Of a stretch of DNA of 64,000 nucleotides, positions 60,287-64,000 are shown in pieces; position 1 is the first letter of the stretch; each line of letters starts with the position of its first letter. A model generated the notes under the pieces. That model ran no database searches, had not been told where the DNA came from, and worked only from the letters and a program-made list of their open reading frames with translations. The position numbers and the translations under genes were made by a program. Source of the DNA: Chamaesiphon sp. (GTDB lineage: Bacteria; Cyanobacteriota; Cyanobacteriia; Cyanobacteriales; Chamaesiphonaceae). The stretch spans positions 160,001 to 224,000 of the forward strand of contig CBDFFH010000020.1 in the NCBI GenBank assembly GCA_965246715.1. Reading direction: 5' to 3'.

Positions 60287-61579
60287 TCGATCGCCTTCTA
60301 TAAAATTAGGGGAAAGCCAAGCTAAATAAGCAATTTGTGCCCATTCTCGGTTTGATTTTTTTGCGTTGGGGTTGGGAACACCCTCAATTTTGAGCCGATG
60401 AATAACACTGTTGGTAATTGCTTGGGGCGGCAAATGACCGTTAATCATGGCTTCAAAAATCTGTTCGTTAGCTTTGGTAACTGCTTGTTTGCTGCTACCT
60501 TCAGCCACTGTTAACGCACCAAACACCCAATAAGGCTTGGAAATTGTCAGATAACGTCGCTGTTGCTGATGGTAAAAAAGCAGATTATTCAGGAGTTTTA
60601 GAATAGATAGATCGGTTATCTGTCCGATTGCAGCCCGTCCCTTACCACTACCACCAATCCCAATATAGCCACAAGCAATTTTTAGATCTTCTGGTATTTT
60701 TCCAATACTTTTGGCTCCAATATTGACTAAATTGATAATGTCTTCCAATGCTTGAACGGGATCTAAATCGGCGGCTCCATCCGAACCAAAAAAAGCGGCA
60801 ATCTCCTTACCTGCTTCACTAATTGCTGCCATCTCTGGCAATGCCCCCCAGACCCAATAAAGACCGCCTCCTAGCCAGATGTTATGACCTTTGGCTTCTA
60901 GTAACTCCGTATATCGCTGAGTTGCAATTACAGCTTTTTCCGCTGAGATGTTGAGCGCAATTTTTTCATGTTGTCCCCACGAACGAAACATATCATCGTT
61001 GCATCCTAGCAGCGGAGCCGCTAATTTCTTCGAGTGGATTCTGGGTAAAGTTCCTAGCAAATTTCCATCACCATTACCGATCGCCCGTTCCAAAGTTTGA
61101 GCTGCATGAACAGATCGAATTGCGGGTAGATCGTGGATATAAGTCCCGTCTTCTAGTCGCCAGACAATACGCCCATTTTCGATCGCGGTAATATCTGCTT
61201 TCGGTTTTTCAGCGATTTGTCGCTCTAATTCTAGTGGACGATCTGACTGCATCCAATCGACGATCCATTGTAACTCTGGAACTTCTAGACAGCGTTGCTT
61301 CAAAGCTTCAACCATCGCCGCAAAAGCTTGGGGCTTGCGAGTCGGATGGTAATAATCTAATTTGTCCGACCCGACAATTGGTGCAATCCCCGAAGTGCGG
61401 GGCAGATCTGGCAACCAAAAGCGTTTACGGGTTTTGTTATCTGTTTCCAGTGGCATTAGATCTGCGGCGGAACCAATTTGTCCATTAGCTCCAAGTAGAA
61501 TTTCAATGCCCACATCCATTGGCGTATAGCCATAGGGACGATCGATTCCCGTCGGAGAGACAACTGAATTAATTTGCAT
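59894..61579 (-). CDS. cas8c: Cas8c-like (Csd1) large subunit
   Basis: Lies between cas5 and cas7; RTSGIAP..DK.DY N-terminal motif and C-terminal GRVFA..DEQAFFLALG; start MQINS overlaps the cas5 stop. Confidence 0.75.
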   Translation of the reverse strand: MQINSVVSPTGIDRPYGYTPMDVGIEILLGANGQIGSAADLMPLETDNKTRKRFWLPDLPRTSGIAPIVGSDKLDYYHPTRKPQAFAAMVEALKQRCLEVPELQWIVDWMQSDRPLELERQIAEKPKADITAIENGRIVWRLEDGTYIHDLPAIRSVHAAQTLERAIGNGDGNLLGTLPRIHSKKLAAPLLGCNDDMFRSWGQHEKIALNISAEKAVIATQRYTELLEAKGHNIWLGGGLYWVWGALPEMAAISEAGKEIAAFFGSDGAADLDPVQALEDIINLVNIGAKSIGKIPEDLKIACGYIGIGGSGKGRAAIGQITDLSILKLLNNLLFYHQQQRRYLTISKPYWVFGALTVAEGSSKQAVTKANEQIFEAMINGHLPPQAITNSVIHRLKIEGVPNPNAKKSNREWAQIAYLAWLSPNFIEGDRMMKPETTPDNLFAWHVGRVFAACKTMSYYYAARSAAPGEGWKDPLDSYRQTLFSSPAQGFAQIITKVIPYLAARPDKAVWYDKTFSELGEDCPNASPPKRWTDEQAFFLALGISQFQEARRTATVGKTSE

Positions 61580-62246
61580 AGCCGCCTTCTCCACGTCGGG
61601 GATATGCCGGAACTGTGACCACTCCATCAATTATCTTGGCTTCAAACATCACTGCTGCGCCCGTGACTCGTTCCATCGGTCGATCGGCGAGCATTGCTGT
61701 TGTTCGACGGGCAAATGTCTTCTTGACAGGTTTAGAGGTGGGTTCCCAAGTCCAATAGTGAGGCATTCTCCCTAGACTCATTTGTTTTATATCGATCGGT
61801 GCTGGACTAACAGCATCCTTGGCTAGTAGCTCTACCGTGGCAGGGTAATCACTGATGCCCATGCTAGGTTGATAATAGTGTTGTCCGCTCAGGAGTCTTC
61901 GAGCTAGTTGACCGATTCGTTCCTTCGAGTCAACTTCGCTGTCACAGTCTAGCCAGAAATCCACTAAATATTTTGGTTCTACGAGTAGCTCATAAGTTCT
62001 TAGCCAGGGATCGCCCGTTTGGTGATTGAGTTGGGTGACAGTCTCAGTTGTGTAGGAGATCGGATTTAATATAGAAATCGATTTGACCTGAACTGACTGA
62101 CCTGGATGCCAATAAACTGCATTAATTATTCCTTCCACTGCGGTGGGGGTAATAATCGGGTATGTACTCGGTTCGCCTGGATTACCAGGTCTTTGAAAGT
62201 GCCCAAGTGGAGCACTAATGATTACTTTCAAACGACTCACTCCCAT
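61569..62246 (-). CDS. cas5: Cas5, type I-C-like (Cas5d)
   Basis: GHFQRP...E..TYPIITPTAVEGIINAVYWHP, I.ILNPI, YYQPSMG and LGRM. Confidence 0.85.
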   Translation of the reverse strand: MGVSRLKVIISAPLGHFQRPGNPGEPSTYPIITPTAVEGIINAVYWHPGQSVQVKSISILNPISYTTETVTQLNHQTGDPWLRTYELLVEPKYLVDFWLDCDSEVDSKERIGQLARRLLSGQHYYQPSMGISDYPATVELLAKDAVSPAPIDIKQMSLGRMPHYWTWEPTSKPVKKTFARRTTAMLADRPMERVTGAAVMFEAKIIDGVVTVPAYPRRGEGGYAN

Positions 62247-62268
62247 GCACTAATTTGACTTCTATCTA

Positions 62269-62297
62269 ATATTAGCGATATCATTTGAAAATAGCAA
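62269..62297 (-). promoter_or_regulatory. Predicted sigma-70 promoter of the cas5-8-7 operon
   Basis: TTGCTA-N17-TAATAT on minus, ending 22 nt upstream of the cas5 ATG. Confidence 0.6.
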
Positions 62298-62298
62298 C

Positions 62299-62333
62299 AA
62301 AAAACATCACTCAGTTTAATGAATGATGTTTTT
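62299..62333 (-). terminator. Intrinsic terminator closing the mini-array transcript
   Basis: AAAAACATCATTCA-TTAAAC-TGAGTGATGTTTTTT. Confidence 0.7.
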
Positions 62334-62442
62334 ATGCTCGCCAGTATTAGATATTTACAACCCTCATCAGCTTTTCAAGGCTGGTGTCATCTCTCAATTG
62401 TAGATCTTACAACCCTCATCAGCCCCGAAAAAATGGTGTCAC
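62334..62442 (-). CRISPR. Mini-array: repeat (62406-62442), 15-nt spacer, repeat (62354-62390), about 20-nt guide
   Basis: Two 37-nt repeats ending GCTGATGAGGGTTGTAA(G/A); guides ATCTACAATTGAGAG and TATCTAATACTGGCGAGCAT. Confidence 0.85.
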
Positions 62443-62490
62443 TGTAGCTCGTCTATAACATCTTACCTACCATTCTCTTACGATCTCAAT

Positions 62491-64000
62491 ATGATTCTCA
62501 CACCTCTAGCTCGTCCGAATCAACCACTGTTGGCACACTTACTCGGAGTCGGTCATCATACTGGTCGATTATGCTCTTCCCAATCGGATTGGGCAAGGTT
62601 AATTGGATTGCTACACGATTATGGTAAATATCGCCCTGAATGGGTAGAGGGGATAAATGCAATTGCCAATGGGGAAAATCAGGACAAGCTTCCTGATCAT
62701 GCTGTCGAAGGTGCGCTGTATCTAATCGAGATGTTTCCAGATCGATCTCATTTTAAGGTGAGGGCGTTAGCATTATTAATTGCTGCTCACCACGGTGGTC
62801 TGGGGGATCTGAAGCCAAGCATGGATTGGTTAGCAGGAAAGGATTCTGCTCGTCCGCTCCCAGATATGGATCGTTGTCAATGGAAGATTGATGATAAGTA
62901 TTTAGTTGAAGTAAAAAAGACGATCGCTGTTGCTAAATATAGTGATTTAGATACTTGGATGCCTCCTAATGACTATCGTACCGCTCAACGACTGCGATTT
63001 TTGTATGGTGCGCTAATTGCTGCCGATCGACAGGATGCAGCGATGAGTGATGGATGGAAACCTGCTACATATTGCTCGATGACAACACTGGCAGATAAAT
63101 TGGCTACTTGGTATGAATCGAAATTTAGCCAGCCTGAAAATCCCTTGGATAGATTGCGGGGTGATTTTTATACTGAGTGCCGGAAGGCAGCAAAGCTTGA
63201 ACCAGGCTGGTTATCAGTGCGTGGGCCATGTGGTATATCCAAGACTTGGAGCGTGATGCAAATGGCTCTCGATCGTGCAGCCCAATGGGATAAACAAAAG
63301 GTGATTTATTGTGTGCCTTGGACGGCAATTTTAGGGCAGTCTTACAACCAGTACCAGGAGGTATTAGGTGCTGATAATGTTCTCGGACACTGGAGTACGT
63401 TAGTCGATCCTAAAACTCAAGATCCTGAGCAACTTCGTAACTCTCGACAGTGGTGGGAAACTCCCGTTATCGCTACGACAATGGTGCAACTGTTTGATGT
63501 GTTACTAGGATCTAGAGCGCGGACGGCGCAACGGATGCCCAGTTTGCAAAATGCTGTGATTGTCTTGGATGAAGTGCAGGGATTACCGAATGAGCTACTC
63601 ATTACTTGCATTAAAGTACTCGACCAGCTAGTTCAAGACCACGGAGTAACGATTATCCTGTCTACGGCAACTATGCCAGATTACGCACCTTTGGGCATTA
63701 ACCCGATCGAAGCACTTCCTCAGACTAAAGTTGATGAATATTTTGAGGGAACTAAACGGGTCGAATATCGATGGGCTGAGGAACCCCTAACATGGGAATC
63801 CATCGCCGCTGAAATCGTCCAATCTCAAAAAAGTAGCACCCTGATTGTGACAAATACTGTGGCTGCTTGTGATGATGTTTATACTGTTATGCAGTCTCTG
63901 CCAAATCATCGAGTCTATAAATATACTGCAAGTATGTCTCCTGCCCATCGTGCTGTGGTCTTGGCAGAGATTAAGGCAGCGGTTAATGAAGCAAAAGAAG
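62491..64000 (+). CDS. cas3: Cas3 (HD nuclease + SF2 helicase), runs off window; not in ORF track
   Basis: Open frame from ATG 62491: LLAHL, LLHDYGK, DHA, AHHG, AADRQDA, Walker A GPCGISKT, VIATTMVQ, VLDEVQ, LSTATMP and IVTNTV. Confidence 0.9.
   Translation, partial: MILTPLARPNQPLLAHLLGVGHHTGRLCSSQSDWARLIGLLHDYGKYRPEWVEGINAIANGENQDKLPDHAVEGALYLIEMFPDRSHFKVRALALLIAAHHGGLGDLKPSMDWLAGKDSARPLPDMDRCQWKIDDKYLVEVKKTIAVAKYSDLDTWMPPNDYRTAQRLRFLYGALIAADRQDAAMSDGWKPATYCSMTTLADKLATWYESKFSQPENPLDRLRGDFYTECRKAAKLEPGWLSVRGPCGISKTWSVMQMALDRAAQWDKQKVIYCVPWTAILGQSYNQYQEVLGADNVLGHWSTLVDPKTQDPEQLRNSRQWWETPVIATTMVQLFDVLLGSRARTAQRMPSLQNAVIVLDEVQGLPNELLITCIKVLDQLVQDHGVTIILSTATMPDYAPLGINPIEALPQTKVDEYFEGTKRVEYRWAEEPLTWESIAAEIVQSQKSSTLIVTNTVAACDDVYTVMQSLPNHRVYKYTASMSPAHRAVVLAEIKAAVNEAKE

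Noticed and set aside
62461..62478. ACCTACCATT as the target of the 15-nt guide near the cas3/array promoters
   Set aside because: Mismatches at positions 2 and 7, no pairing beyond position 10, and the flank is CTT rather than TTC; compatible with chance
91..63611. Many short antisense or overlapping ORFs in the ORF track (e.g. 10139..10909, 16686..17198, 58796..58987, 63125..63328)
   Set aside because: Shadows of well-supported genes or lacking motifs/RBS; not reported as CDS
58979..64000. CRISPR-associated transposon (CAST) with short homing spacers
   Set aside because: No tnsA/B/C or tniQ in the window, and cas3 with intact HD motifs is present

Overview
Cyanobacterial accessory DNA, probably plasmid-borne. 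CGATCG/GCGATCGC (HIP1) sites are very dense, and no rRNA, tRNA or core housekeeping genes are evident. Five blocks: (1) 1-23 kb, a co-oriented cargo of redox, hydrolase and stress genes (GMC oxidoreductase, SDRs, two pirins, egtD, gnd, NDH-2-like, MIP channel, glucose dehydrogenase, GH63, K+ channels). (2) 23-31 kb, two tyrosine recombinases, a putative AEP-type replication protein with a candidate antisense copy-control RNA, and an IS5. (3) 31-56 kb, a minus-strand cluster of secreted COP23, trypsin and double-trypsin-TPR proteins with a sigma-70-like / DUF1822 / CHAT-CHASE2 module; a shared TGCAT(A/C)-N14-15-CCC(G/A)A motif precedes six of these genes. (4) Glutaminase, aspartoacylase and LysR. 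(5) 59-64 kb, a compact, divergent type I-C CRISPR-Cas locus: cas5-cas8c(+internal cas11)-cas7 on minus, and cas3 on plus, which is absent from the ORF track. It has only three 37-nt repeats; the two guides with defined ends are only 15 and about 20 nt, and the latter matches the cas5 promoter -10 box next to a TTC PAM. Seven 22-24-nt double-hairpin micro-elements are inserted precisely into CGAT^CG sites, several in frame inside genes. All family calls come from recognising motifs by eye, not from database searches.
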